NCBI GenBank assembly: GCA_934725985.1
Contig: CAKVCX010000002.1
Span: 24,306 to 88,305, forward strand
DNA: 64,000 bases
Direction: 5' to 3'
DNA from: an uncultured Bacilli bacterium
Lineage (GTDB): Bacteria > Bacillota_I > Bacilli_A > RFN20 > CAG-826
Part shown: positions 38,767-48,296 of the stretch, in pieces
Numbering within the stretch: the first letter of the stretch is position 1
Layout: each line of letters opens with the position of its first letter
Position numbers and translations under genes: made by a program
Notes under the pieces: generated by a model
Seen by the model: only the letters and a program-made list of their open reading frames with translations
Told to the model about the DNA's origin: nothing
Databases searched by the model: none

Positions 38767-39416
38767 GCTTAGTATCTCCATCAATTTTATCTGCTAATTT
38801 TTCTTTTCTTCATCTTGAAGTAGAAAAAATGGTTAAGGCAGGGGCTAGTTATATCCATTTAGATGTAATGGATGGGGTATTCGTGCCAAACAAGACTTTC
38901 GATGCTTCTTTGCTTAGACAAATTAAGGACATAAACGTCATTAAAGACACCCATTTAATGGTTGTTTCTCCTTTTAAAGAAATAGAGGAATTTGCTAAAG
39001 AAGGATCGGATATAATAACCGTCCATGTCGAAGCTTTTGAAAACGATGAAATGTGTTTAAAGGCTTTAAAAAGAATTAAGGATTTAGACGTTTTGCCAGG
39101 ATTGTCTATTAAACCCAATACAAAAGCAAGTTCAATCTTGAAATTTTTGCCATATGTTGGATTAATTTTAGTAATGTCGGTAGAACCGGGAAAAGGAGGT
39201 CAGTCTTTTATGGATTCTAGTATAGAAAAGATTTCTTTCTTTTCTAAATATAAAAAAGAGCATGACCTGAATTATAAAATCGAAGTAGATGGGGGCATTA
39301 ATTTGGACACCGGAAAAAAATGCGTCGAGGCAGGGGCTGATATTTTGGTTGCGGGATCTTATTTATATGGGCATGCTGATTATCAAAAACGTTTGAAAGG
39401 ATTGCTAGAATTATGA
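38763..39416 (+). CDS. rpe: Ribulose-phosphate 3-epimerase
   Basis: Carries 'SPSILSANF', 'IHLDVMDGVFVPN', 'HLMV', 'VMSVEPGKGGQSF' and 'VDGGIN'. Confidence 0.93.
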   Translation: MSLVSPSILSANFSFLHLEVEKMVKAGASYIHLDVMDGVFVPNKTFDASLLRQIKDINVIKDTHLMVVSPFKEIEEFAKEGSDIITVHVEAFENDEMCLKALKRIKDLDVLPGLSIKPNTKASSILKFLPYVGLILVMSVEPGKGGQSFMDSSIEKISFFSKYKKEHDLNYKIEVDGGINLDTGKKCVEAGADILVAGSYLYGHADYQKRLKGLLEL

Positions 39417-40102
39417 TTAACGAAATCTTATTTCCTTTGCTTACTTTTCTTCTTGCTTTTTTTGGTGGGCTTTTTTTGTTTTTTGGCTTTCGAGAATATA
39501 AAAAAAGAAATAAAAAGAATTATGATGTTTTGACTTCTTTTCCTTTTGAGCTAGTTCAAGGAAGCGAGAAAGGAAGCTTTCTTTCTAGGTTTTCCTTTGT
39601 CTTATATGCAATTAGTTATGTTGCTTGTAGTTTTTATGAATTGTATTTGTCTCCATCGTTATCTTTTTTAAATCAATTAGGCGTGCTGCTTGGGGTGGTA
39701 AGCATATTTATTTTTATTTCCATGCTTATCATTATTTATGTCCCTGCTTATTCTTTTAGGGTGCATTTGCTATCTTCAGTTGTTTTCTTTGCCTTATCCG
39801 TTTTAAGCGATGTTATTATCGGGTTAATTTATTTAAACCTTTATCAAGCCCAATTGAACATAATTTCGATTATCTTCATGTCTTTTGCCTTCATTTCGGC
39901 TTTATTTAAAGGTTTGATTTTGATTAATCCAAAATTAGCTCACTGGACTGAATTAGATACTTCTGTTGGCAGTGATAATGTCGTTACTTCTTCTAGGCCA
40001 AGACCATTCGTGTTGGCTTTTTCCCAATGGCTTGTTTTATTTTTGAATGCTTTATCACTTGTTGTTTATATGCTTGGCTTATTTTTGACTTGCTTATCTT
40101 AA
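39413..40102 (+). CDS. Polytopic membrane protein, unknown function
   Basis: 229 aa with about 6 TM helices. ATGA overlap with rpe. No recognisable motif. Confidence 0.5.
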   Translation: MINEILFPLLTFLLAFFGGLFLFFGFREYKKRNKKNYDVLTSFPFELVQGSEKGSFLSRFSFVLYAISYVACSFYELYLSPSLSFLNQLGVLLGVVSIFIFISMLIIIYVPAYSFRVHLLSSVVFFALSVLSDVIIGLIYLNLYQAQLNIISIIFMSFAFISALFKGLILINPKLAHWTELDTSVGSDNVVTSSRPRPFVLAFSQWLVLFLNALSLVVYMLGLFLTCLS

Positions 40103-40117
40103 TTAGGCAAAGAAAAA

Positions 40118-40146
40118 AGACGTCTATTTTCGACGTCTAGTTTTTC
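40118..40146. terminator. Bidirectional rho-independent terminator (rpe operon / rpmB)
   Basis: Stem AGACGTC / GACGTCT (40118-40124 / 40132-40138). An A-run lies upstream and TTTTT downstream. Confidence 0.7.
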
Positions 40147-40154
40147 TTGCTAAA

Positions 40155-40367
40155 TTACTTTGCTTGTTTAGCTTGTTCGGCCTTGATGGTCTTGTTTAAG
40201 GTGCGATAAGCTCTAGCAGACATCCTAACTTCAACCATTTTTCCATCAACGTTGACTTTGTATTTTTGCAAATTAACATTCCAACGGCGACGGGTGGCCC
40301 TTAAGGAATGGCTACGAGCGTTTCCGCTGACGGGGCCTTTTCCGGTTACTGGGCAAACTCTTGACAT
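40155..40367 (-). CDS. rpmB: 50S ribosomal protein L28
   Basis: Carries 'MSRVCPVTGKGPVSGNARSHSLRATRRRWNVNLQ', the L28 signature. AGAGG lies 8 nt before the ATG at 40367. The longer ORF to 40430 overlaps the promoter. Confidence 0.9.
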   Translation of the reverse strand: MSRVCPVTGKGPVSGNARSHSLRATRRRWNVNLQKYKVNVDGKMVEVRMSARAYRTLNKTIKAEQAKQAK

Positions 40368-40401
40368 TAAAAATACCTCTTGCGATGTAAACGCGTTAGG
40401 A

Positions 40402-40430
40402 AATATAGCATACGCTATAAATAGTTGCAA
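40402..40430 (-). promoter_or_regulatory. Sigma-70-type promoter for rpmB
   Basis: On the minus strand: TTGCAA (40430-40425), 17 nt spacer, TATATT (40407-40402). About 35 nt upstream of the rpmB ATG. Confidence 0.6.
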
Positions 40431-40609
40431 ACTTTTCTTTCTTTTTCCCTACATTTTTACTATATGATTTTAGATTAATGAATTTTTTTACGATTGATTT
40501 AGCAGTTATTGTTAAACATTTTTGCAATTTTAATTATTTTAATTAAAAAACGTGCCTAGCTATGCTATTTTATCTATAATAAATTTGAAATAAATCTAAG
40601 GAGCTCTGT

Positions 40610-41734
40610 ATGGGCATTGAAATCGCTGCTATGGTCTTGGCAGGTGGCAAGGGAACTAGATTAAAGTCTTTAACTAGAAAAACGGCTAAACCTGCTGTTT
40701 CTTATGGTGCTAAATATCGCATCATTGATTTTCCTTTATCAAATTGTGCCAACTCAAACATCAATCACGTTGGAGTTTTGACTCAATATGAATCTAGCGA
40801 TTTGAATTCATATATTGGGAATGGAAAAAACTGGGGTTTAAATGGAGTTAACTGCTTAACCGCTGTTTTAACTCCAAAGCAAACCGAAGAAGGTTCTTCT
40901 TGGTATAAAGGGACCGCGGATGCCATTTTCCAAAACATTGATTGGCTTGACTCGCTTGATCCGGAATATGTTTTGATTTTATCTGGCGATCATATTTATT
41001 CGACTACTTATGATGACATGCTTAAGCTTCATAAGGAAAGAAAAGCGGATTGCACGATTTCTGTAATTGAAGTGCCTATCGAGGAGGCTTCTAGATTTGG
41101 AATATTGGAAACCGATAAAAGCGGTAATATAACTGCTTTTAAAGAAAAACCAAAAATGCCAAAGTCAAATTTGGCTTCCATGGGAATTTATATTTTTACC
41201 TACAAAACCTTAAAAACAGCCTTAATTGAGGATGCAAAGGATGAAAATAGTGACCATGATTTTGGGAAGAACATTATTCCAAAGATGCTAGAAAAAGGGA
41301 AAAGGCTAGTGGCTTATACTTTCAAAGGTTATTGGAAAGACGTCGGGACAATTTCTAGCTTGCATCAAGCCAATATGGATTTACTTGAAGAAACGACCCC
41401 ATCTATAGATTTATTTACGAATCAGCAAAATCATAGAATATATAGCGAAGATACTCATGCGACACCTCAATATATTGGCAAGTATGCCATCGTTAAGGAT
41501 TCATTAATCAATCAAGGCGCGACTATCGAAGGAAAGGTCAATCACTGCGTTATTTCAAGCCAAGTTGAAGTAGAGGAAGGCGCCTCTGTTTCAAATTCTG
41601 TTTTAATGCAAGGGGTAGTGGTAAAAAAAGGCGCCGTTGTAGAAAATGCCATTTTAGGTCCTGATACCATTGTTGAAGAAGGCGAACAACTGAATGTCGG
41701 GAACAAAGAGATAGCTTTATACGCAAGAGGATAA
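40610..41734 (+). CDS. glgC: Glucose-1-phosphate adenylyltransferase
   Basis: Carries 'AMVLAGGKGTRLKSLT', 'KPAVSYGAKYRIIDFPLSNC', 'GTADA' and 'LSGDHIY', plus a C-terminal left-handed beta-helix. AGGAG RBS. Confidence 0.93.
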   Translation: MGIEIAAMVLAGGKGTRLKSLTRKTAKPAVSYGAKYRIIDFPLSNCANSNINHVGVLTQYESSDLNSYIGNGKNWGLNGVNCLTAVLTPKQTEEGSSWYKGTADAIFQNIDWLDSLDPEYVLILSGDHIYSTTYDDMLKLHKERKADCTISVIEVPIEEASRFGILETDKSGNITAFKEKPKMPKSNLASMGIYIFTYKTLKTALIEDAKDENSDHDFGKNIIPKMLEKGKRLVAYTFKGYWKDVGTISSLHQANMDLLEETTPSIDLFTNQQNHRIYSEDTHATPQYIGKYAIVKDSLINQGATIEGKVNHCVISSQVEVEEGASVSNSVLMQGVVVKKGAVVENAILGPDTIVEEGEQLNVGNKEIALYARG

Positions 41735-41737
41735 TTT

Positions 41738-42856
41738 ATGAACGACGTCATAGGAATTGTTAATTTTCATTGTTCTCCAGAAATTGAACCATTGACTTCA
41801 TCTCGTCCTTTAGGTTCTACTTCTTTCCTTGGAAGATATGCTTGCTGCGATTTTGCCATGTCTAACCTTTGCAATTCTGGCATTTCCACAATGGGCATTT
41901 TAGTAAAAGACCATCAAAGGTCGATTTTAAAGCACTTAGGTGGTATGGATGCTTGGACTACTAATACTAAAATTGGGCAAGAAATCATTATGTATAACGA
42001 ACCGGCCCATCTTTACCCTTCCTCGAATACAGATATTAACAACATTAAGGAAAATGATTGGGTTTTATATGATTCAACGGCTTCTTATATAGTTGTTGTT
42101 CCAGCTCATATTATTACCAATATTGATTTAAGACCTATCATAAAAGAGCATATCCAAAGAAAAGAGAAAATAACTATTGTGGGCATTAAAATTAAAAATG
42201 CTGCCGAGGAATTCTTATCGGAACAGTTACTTAAAATTGATGAGAATGGCTATGCAGAAGATGCTTATATAAATCTTGGACTTTCCGGTCCTGCCATTGC
42301 GTCAATGGCAATATATGTTATCAATAGAACCGTTCTAGCCGAGATGATTAATAAGTATGGCAAACGTAATTTGGCATTGGACTTAAGAACCCTTATTTAT
42401 ATAATTTCAAAAGAAGGTGGGTACAAGGCCCATGTCCATATTTTCGATGGCTATGCTAGATGCATTGATACCTTTAAGCATTATATGGATTATTCTTTTG
42501 AGCTTTTTTCAAAAGAGGCTTCAAAAAAGCTATTTAAGCCTGATTGGCCAATTTATACCTTGACTCACGATACCCCCCCAGCCTTATATGGAGAAGAAGC
42601 CTTAGTTTCTAATTCCTTCATTGCCAATGGTAGCTTAATAGAAGGAACTGTCATTAATTCTATAATTGCCCGTAATGTTAAAATAGAAAAAGGTGCGGTG
42701 GTAAAAAATTCCATTGTTTTCTCTTCCTCTAAAATTGGCAATGGGGCTCATATTGAAAATACTTTAATTGATAAATATTCGACAATTTCTTGTTCCCGTA
42801 TCGTTTCTGGCGATAAAGATGAACCTCATTATGTGGCTCAGGGGTCGATAATATGA
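41738..42856 (+). CDS. glgD: Glucose-1-phosphate adenylyltransferase regulatory subunit GlgD
   Basis: A GlgC paralogue lacking the 'GGxGxRL' loop. Gene order glgC-glgD-glgA is as in Firmicutes. Confidence 0.8.
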   Translation: MNDVIGIVNFHCSPEIEPLTSSRPLGSTSFLGRYACCDFAMSNLCNSGISTMGILVKDHQRSILKHLGGMDAWTTNTKIGQEIIMYNEPAHLYPSSNTDINNIKENDWVLYDSTASYIVVVPAHIITNIDLRPIIKEHIQRKEKITIVGIKIKNAAEEFLSEQLLKIDENGYAEDAYINLGLSGPAIASMAIYVINRTVLAEMINKYGKRNLALDLRTLIYIISKEGGYKAHVHIFDGYARCIDTFKHYMDYSFELFSKEASKKLFKPDWPIYTLTHDTPPALYGEEALVSNSFIANGSLIEGTVINSIIARNVKIEKGAVVKNSIVFSSSKIGNGAHIENTLIDKYSTISCSRIVSGDKDEPHYVAQGSII

Positions 42857-44289
42857 AAATAGCTTTTATATCAAGCGAGGCCAATCCATTTTCTAAAACA
42901 GGTGGATTAGGCGATGTTGCCTATTCTCTTTCTAAAGAATTATCTAGGGATAATGAAGTATCGTTAGTTATTCCTTTTTATCTATCAAGTAAGCAAAAAG
43001 AAGGATACCATTTTCAAAAGGTCTTTTCTTTTGATACTTATGTTGGATGGAGAAAAAAAGAAACAGACGTTTATTTAACTAAGGTCGATAATATTTCTTT
43101 TTATTTAATAGATTGTCCTTATTATTTTTCCCGCAATAGCCTTTATGGCTATGAAGATGATGGGGAAAGATTTGCCTATTTTACCTTGGCTTCACTAAAT
43201 TTAATAAAGTATCTAGGCCATTTTGATATCATTCATTGCAATGATTGGCAAACCGGTATGCTTCCTTGCCTAGTAAAAGAAAAAGAAAAAGATAATCCTA
43301 CTTTTCTTAAGACTAGATTTATTTTTACAATTCACAATCCCGCTTTTATGGGATTGCTCGACAGATATTTTCTAGGCGATTTCTATTCTTTGCCCGATTC
43401 TTTATTTGATAATGGAACCCTTAGATGGAACAACATGGTTTCTTCTTTCAAAGCTGGAATAGTTTACGCAGATAAAATAACGACAGTTTCTCCAACCCAT
43501 GCCAAAGAATTATTAGATCCTTCTTCTAAATTTGGTCTTTCTTATGTTTTAAAACTTAGGGAAGATGATTTTATTGGGATTTGTAATGGCATTGATGAAG
43601 AAGAATTTAATCCTAGGATCGACAAGATAATAAAAGCCTCTTATGGAATAAAAGATGTCACGAAAAAGAAAAAAATTTGCAAACAAGATTTATTTGAATC
43701 TTCCAAATTGCAATATAAGGATGTTCCTACTTTTGGCTTTGTCTCTAGATTAAGCGAACAAAAAGGTATTAATTTAATTCTTGATGTTGCTAGAGAAATA
43801 ATAAACAAAGGCGGGGCAATCTTTGCCTTGGGATCCGGCGATTATGTTTTGGAAAAGGAATTAGAAGACTTAAGAAAAGAATATCCGGAAAATGTTGGAA
43901 TTTATATTGGCTATTCACAAACTTTTGCCCACAAAGTCTATGCTGGATGTGATTTTTTCCTTATGCCTTCTTTGTTTGAACCTTGCGGGATTGGACAACT
44001 TATTGCCTTAAAATATGGAACCATCCCGGTCGCTAGAAGAACAGGTGGACTAGCCGATACCATTGTTGATTATAAAGCAAGTAACATAGATAGTGGGGAT
44101 GGAATATTGTTCAATGATTTTAATGATGATGGCATTAGATATGGTATTTATAAAGCGTTAGAAATTTATTCTTCGCCCAAACTATTAAGAAAAATTAGAA
44201 GCAATGCGATGAAATCAAATCATTCCTGGAAAAAATCGAAAAAAGAATATATAGCTTTATATAAAGCGGCTCTAACTAAGCAAATATAA
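42853..44289 (+). CDS. glgA: Glycogen synthase (ADP-glucose type)
   Basis: Carries 'MKIAFISSEANPFSKTGGLGDV', 'HCNDWQTG', 'SRLSEQKG' and 'LMPSLFEPCGIGQL'. Confidence 0.93.
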   Translation: MKIAFISSEANPFSKTGGLGDVAYSLSKELSRDNEVSLVIPFYLSSKQKEGYHFQKVFSFDTYVGWRKKETDVYLTKVDNISFYLIDCPYYFSRNSLYGYEDDGERFAYFTLASLNLIKYLGHFDIIHCNDWQTGMLPCLVKEKEKDNPTFLKTRFIFTIHNPAFMGLLDRYFLGDFYSLPDSLFDNGTLRWNNMVSSFKAGIVYADKITTVSPTHAKELLDPSSKFGLSYVLKLREDDFIGICNGIDEEEFNPRIDKIIKASYGIKDVTKKKKICKQDLFESSKLQYKDVPTFGFVSRLSEQKGINLILDVAREIINKGGAIFALGSGDYVLEKELEDLRKEYPENVGIYIGYSQTFAHKVYAGCDFFLMPSLFEPCGIGQLIALKYGTIPVARRTGGLADTIVDYKASNIDSGDGILFNDFNDDGIRYGIYKALEIYSSPKLLRKIRSNAMKSNHSWKKSKKEYIALYKAALTKQI

Positions 44290-44334
44290 TCTACCATTTA
44301 ATTTTTTGTTTCCTAAATTTATAATTTAGGGGTT

Positions 44335-46740
44335 ATGAGTTACGATTTTAAAAACATTGAGAAAAAATGGGGTGAATATTGGGACTCCCATTCCACTTTC
44401 TATTGCGATACGCATGATTTTTCCAAACCAAAGTATTATGTTTTGGATATGTTCCCATATCCTTCTGGACAAGGGCTCCACGTTGGACATCCAGAAGGCT
44501 ATACGGCAACCGACATTTTAGCTAGGATGAAAAGAATGCAGGGCTTTAATGTCCTTCATCCCATGGGTTGGGATGCCTTTGGGTTGCCGGCAGAACAATT
44601 TGCCATTAAAAATAATGTCCATCCCGAAGAATTCACTAGAAAAAATATTGCCAATTTCAAAAGACAAATCAAATCACTTGGCTTTTCTTATGACTGGAGC
44701 AAGGAAATAGCAACAATTGACGAAGGCTATTATAAATGGACCCAGTGGATCTTCTTACAACTATTCAAGCACGACCTAGCTTATGTTGACGATATACCGG
44801 TTAATTATTGCCCTGAACTTGGGACTGTTTTAGCTAATGAAGAAGTAGTTAACGGGGTTTCGGAAAGGGGAGGGTACCCAGTTATTAGAATGCCGATGAG
44901 GCAATGGGTGCTTCGCATTACTAGATACGCGGATAAACTAGAAAAAGATTTGGCTTTACTAGATTGGCCTAAATCTACCTTAGAAATGCAAAAGAACTGG
45001 ATTGGGAAAAGCGAAGGGGTCTCCATAAGGTTTAAAATTAAAAATAGCAATGAACATTTTGATGTCTTTACTACTAGGGTCGATACTTTATTTGGTTGTA
45101 CTTATTGTTGCTTGGCCCCTGAGCATCCTCTTGTTAAGAAGTTAACTTCCTTATCCCAAAAAGAAGAAGTTAGGAAATATGTTGAAGAATCAAAACGTAA
45201 AAGCGATTTGGTTAGAACTTCAACTAGCAAGGAAAAAACAGGTGTTTATCTTGGCTTTGAGGCAATAAACCCAATAAATGGCAAGAGTATTCCCGTTTAT
45301 TGTGCCGATTATGTTTTAGGCTCCTATGGATCCGGGGCCGTCATGGCTGTTCCTGCCCACGATTCTAGAGATTATGAATTTGCTAAAAAGCATAATTTAC
45401 CCATTATTCAAGTTGTAGAAGGAGATATATCTTCCTCTGCTTATGAAGGCGATGGGAAACATTTAAATTCTTCTTTCGCGGATGGGAAAAATATAGCGGA
45501 AGCTAAAAAGATAATTACTGAAAAACTAGAAGAATTAGGTAAAGGAAAAAGAGTTATTAACTATAAACTTCGCGATTGGATTTTTTCTAGGCAAAGATAT
45601 TGGGGTGAACCAATTCCGGTAGTTAAGTTAGAAGATGGGACCGAATATCCTCTTCCAGAAGATCAACTTCCTTTGACTTTGCCTGAATTAGATGACTATA
45701 AGCCTAGTAAAGATGGTAAACCTCCCTTATCCAAAGCCCCTTCTTCTTGGCTAAATTATGTTACTAGCGATGGAAGGAAAGGCGTTAGGGAAACTAATAC
45801 CATGCCCCAATGGGCTGGGAGTTGTTGGTACTATATTCGTTATATAGACCCACATAATAACCAAGCTTTAGGCGATAAAGAATTATTAGATCATTGGTTG
45901 CCTGTTGATTTATATGTCGGCGGGGCCGAACATGCCGTTTTGCATCTTTTATATGCAAGATTTTGGCATAAGTTCTTATTTGATATAGGTGTTGTTTCTA
46001 CCCCTGAACCATTTAAAAAATTATTCCATCAAGGAATGATATTGGGCTCAAATGGAGAAAAAATGTCCAAAAGTAGAGGAAATGTAGTTAATCCAGATGA
46101 TATTGTAAATAATTATGGGGCCGATTCTTTACGCTTATTTGAAATGTTTGCAGGCCCATTAGAAGAAGCTAAACCTTGGTCGACAAATGGAATTGAAGGA
46201 TCAAAACGTTTCATTGAAAGAGTCTTTAGACTTGTCGATGAAGACACTTTCTTTTCCAAAATAAGCGAAACAAATAGTCATGAACTTGATTATGAATATA
46301 CTGCAATGACTAAGAAGGTGACTGATGATTTTGAATCGCTTGCCTTTAATACGGCTATCTCTGCTATGATGGTTTTTGTTAATGCCGTCTATAAAGCTAA
46401 ATCTATTTATAGGGAATATATTGAAGGCTTTGTTAAAATGTTTTCTTGCATTTGTCCTTTTGCAGGCGAAGAAATGTGGGAAAAATTAGGCCATAAAAAT
46501 TCTATTGCCTATGAGAGTTGGCCTACTTTCAACGAAAAACATTTAATAAAAAATACCATTAAAATGGCCATTTCCATCAATGGAAAGACTCGCGATGTCA
46601 TGGAATTTGATGCCGATATTGGTCAAGATGAAGCCTTGGAGTTAATAAAGAAAAATCCTAAACTATCATCTTATATTGATGGAAAAACCTTTAAGAAAGT
46701 CATATTTGTTAAGGGCAGAATTTGTAATTTGGTTATTTAA
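44335..46740 (+). CDS. leuS: Leucyl-tRNA synthetase
   Basis: Carries '[17 protein letters not shown]' (HIGH) and 'KMSKSRGN' (KMSKS), with a CP1 editing domain. 801 aa. Confidence 0.97.
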   Translation: MSYDFKNIEKKWGEYWDSHSTFYCDTHDFSKPKYYVLDMFPYPSGQGLHVGHPEGYTATDILARMKRMQGFNVLHPMGWDAFGLPAEQFAIKNNVHPEEFTRKNIANFKRQIKSLGFSYDWSKEIATIDEGYYKWTQWIFLQLFKHDLAYVDDIPVNYCPELGTVLANEEVVNGVSERGGYPVIRMPMRQWVLRITRYADKLEKDLALLDWPKSTLEMQKNWIGKSEGVSIRFKIKNSNEHFDVFTTRVDTLFGCTYCCLAPEHPLVKKLTSLSQKEEVRKYVEESKRKSDLVRTSTSKEKTGVYLGFEAINPINGKSIPVYCADYVLGSYGSGAVMAVPAHDSRDYEFAKKHNLPIIQVVEGDISSSAYEGDGKHLNSSFADGKNIAEAKKIITEKLEELGKGKRVINYKLRDWIFSRQRYWGEPIPVVKLEDGTEYPLPEDQLPLTLPELDDYKPSKDGKPPLSKAPSSWLNYVTSDGRKGVRETNTMPQWAGSCWYYIRYIDPHNNQALGDKELLDHWLPVDLYVGGAEHAVLHLLYARFWHKFLFDIGVVSTPEPFKKLFHQGMILGSNGEKMSKSRGNVVNPDDIVNNYGADSLRLFEMFAGPLEEAKPWSTNGIEGSKRFIERVFRLVDEDTFFSKISETNSHELDYEYTAMTKKVTDDFESLAFNTAISAMMVFVNAVYKAKSIYREYIEGFVKMFSCICPFAGEEMWEKLGHKNSIAYESWPTFNEKHLIKNTIKMAISINGKTRDVMEFDADIGQDEALELIKKNPKLSSYIDGKTFKKVIFVKGRICNLVI

Positions 46741-46755
46741 TTTGTGTTTCAATAT

Positions 46756-46794
46756 AAAAAAAGATAGCGAACAAATGAATCGCTATCTTTTTTT
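46756..46794. terminator. Bidirectional rho-independent terminator (leuS / esterase)
   Basis: Stem GATAGCGA / TCGCTATC (46763-46770 / 46780-46787), extended by flanking A-run and T-run. Confidence 0.75.
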
Positions 46795-46797
46795 ATA

Positions 46798-47628
46798 TTA
46801 GATTATTTTTTTAATGAAGTTTATGGCCATGTTAATCCAGTTATCTTCATAAGAAGAACATCTGGCCCATTCTTCTTTCCAACTAAGTCCATAGACCCCT
46901 TCATTGGCTAAGGATGCTCCGTGAGGACCGATTGGATAGTAATGCAGTTCGAAATTGACATGGGCTTTTTTTAAGGCGTTTGCAAACATCAAAGTCTGAA
47001 TGGGATCGACGCAGTTATCTGTATCGGTTGTCCATATGAATGTTTTCGGATACTCTCCGCTAACTTGTTTTTCCATTGAATAATAATCTTTTAATTCCGG
47101 ATTGTTGCTTAATAGTTGATCTCTTGTTCCGGCGATAGTTCCAATGGTCATGGTTATAACTGGATAGCCTAACAATACTCCGTTTATTTTAATTTCCGAC
47201 AACGAGACATTTAACATATCCGCATATTCTTTTTTGTTATGAAAAGCACCTAAGCAAGCAGCAAAATGACCTCCTGCCGAAAATCCCATGACACATATTT
47301 GGTTAACATCGACATGATACTCTTCTGCATGCTCTCTTACGTATGCAATTGCGGCAAAACCTTCAATTATCGGGTAAGGATATTCATATGGTCCCACATT
47401 ATAATGAACAACAAAGGCGTTTATATCGTCCGCGACTAGTCTTAAGGCAACGGGCTCGCCTTCCCTAAAACTGACTGATTTATATCCACCTCCGGGGAAT
47501 ATAATAACCGTCTTTCTTTTTTTGTTGATGTCTATTTCTTTTGAATTGTCGATACAATATGAAACAAGCTCAACATCTTTTTCTAGTTGATTAAATCTAT
47601 TCTTTAAATTAATTCTTTTATAAAGCAT
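46798..47628 (-). CDS. Alpha/beta hydrolase (acetyl-esterase/lipase-like)
   Basis: Carries 'VIIFPGGGY' (oxyanion HGGG-like) and 'VMGFSAGGH' (GxSxG nucleophile elbow), with distal D and H. Confidence 0.8.
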   Translation of the reverse strand: MLYKRINLKNRFNQLEKDVELVSYCIDNSKEIDINKKRKTVIIFPGGGYKSVSFREGEPVALRLVADDINAFVVHYNVGPYEYPYPIIEGFAAIAYVREHAEEYHVDVNQICVMGFSAGGHFAACLGAFHNKKEYADMLNVSLSEIKINGVLLGYPVITMTIGTIAGTRDQLLSNNPELKDYYSMEKQVSGEYPKTFIWTTDTDNCVDPIQTLMFANALKKAHVNFELHYYPIGPHGASLANEGVYGLSWKEEWARCSSYEDNWINMAINFIKKII

Positions 47629-47711
47629 CGATAAACCTCTTTAAAAGTATTTTAATATATTTATTAGTTTAAGCACACGTTTTGCAAAATATGGTTTTTA
47701 AAGGCATAAAT

Positions 47712-47739
47712 TTGCAAGTAGGTGATTAGTTGGTAAAAT
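47712..47739 (+). promoter_or_regulatory. Promoter of ppa with extended -10; predicted leaderless transcript
   Basis: TTGCAA (47712-47717), 16 nt spacer, TGgTAAAAT (47731-47739). The ATG at 47746 lies 6 nt after the -10. No SD. Confidence 0.6.
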
Positions 47740-47745
47740 GTAGAC

Positions 47746-48285
47746 ATGAAAGATAGCATTATTCATAAAATTGATTCTTCCCGTATAAAAAAGGATCGTT
47801 TCCTTGCTTGCATTGAAATTCCGGCCGGAAGTAAAAACAAATATGAACTCGATGAAGAATCGGGGGCATTAATTCTAGATAGGATTTTATTTACTTCCAC
47901 CCATTATCCCCATAATTATGGGTTTATTCCTAAAACATGGGGTTTAGATAACGATCCTTTGGATGTTTTAGTTGTTACTAGCGAGCCAGTTGTTCCACTT
48001 GCTTTAATTAGGTGTCACCCGATTGGAATGATGAATATGAAAGATTCCGGTTTTATTGATGAAAAGATTATCGCCGTCTGCGATAACGATCCTTTTTATG
48101 CCGATATTAAAGACATAAACGAACTTCCGGAACATCTTTTAGAAGAAATACGTCACTTTTTTAAAGTCTATAAACAATTAGAACACGGCAAGCCAACTGA
48201 AATAGGCAATTTTGAAGGTAGGGAAGTTGCCATGCAAACGATTGAAAATTCAATTAAAAGATATAAAGAAAAATTTGAAAAATGA
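47746..48285 (+). CDS. ppa: Inorganic pyrophosphatase, family I
   Basis: Carries 'EIPAGSKNKYELD', 'YPHNYGFIP' and 'DNDPLDVLV', family I PPase signatures. Confidence 0.93.
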   Translation: MKDSIIHKIDSSRIKKDRFLACIEIPAGSKNKYELDEESGALILDRILFTSTHYPHNYGFIPKTWGLDNDPLDVLVVTSEPVVPLALIRCHPIGMMNMKDSGFIDEKIIAVCDNDPFYADIKDINELPEHLLEEIRHFFKVYKQLEHGKPTEIGNFEGREVAMQTIENSIKRYKEKFEK

Positions 48286-48296
48286 TTTTTTTGTTT

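Noticed and set aside
40368-40430. N-terminal 21-aa extension of the L28 ORF (MQLFIAYAIFPNAF...)
   Set aside because: The extension covers the TTGCAA-17-TATATT promoter. The conserved L28 N-terminus 'MSRVCPVTGK' starts at 40367 and has its own AGAGG RBS.
44290-44334. Possible T-box leader upstream of leuS
   Set aside because: Only 45 nt separate glgA from leuS, whereas a T-box needs ~200 nt with specifier and antiterminator helices. No T-box consensus sequence (AGGGUGGNACCGCG-like) is present.
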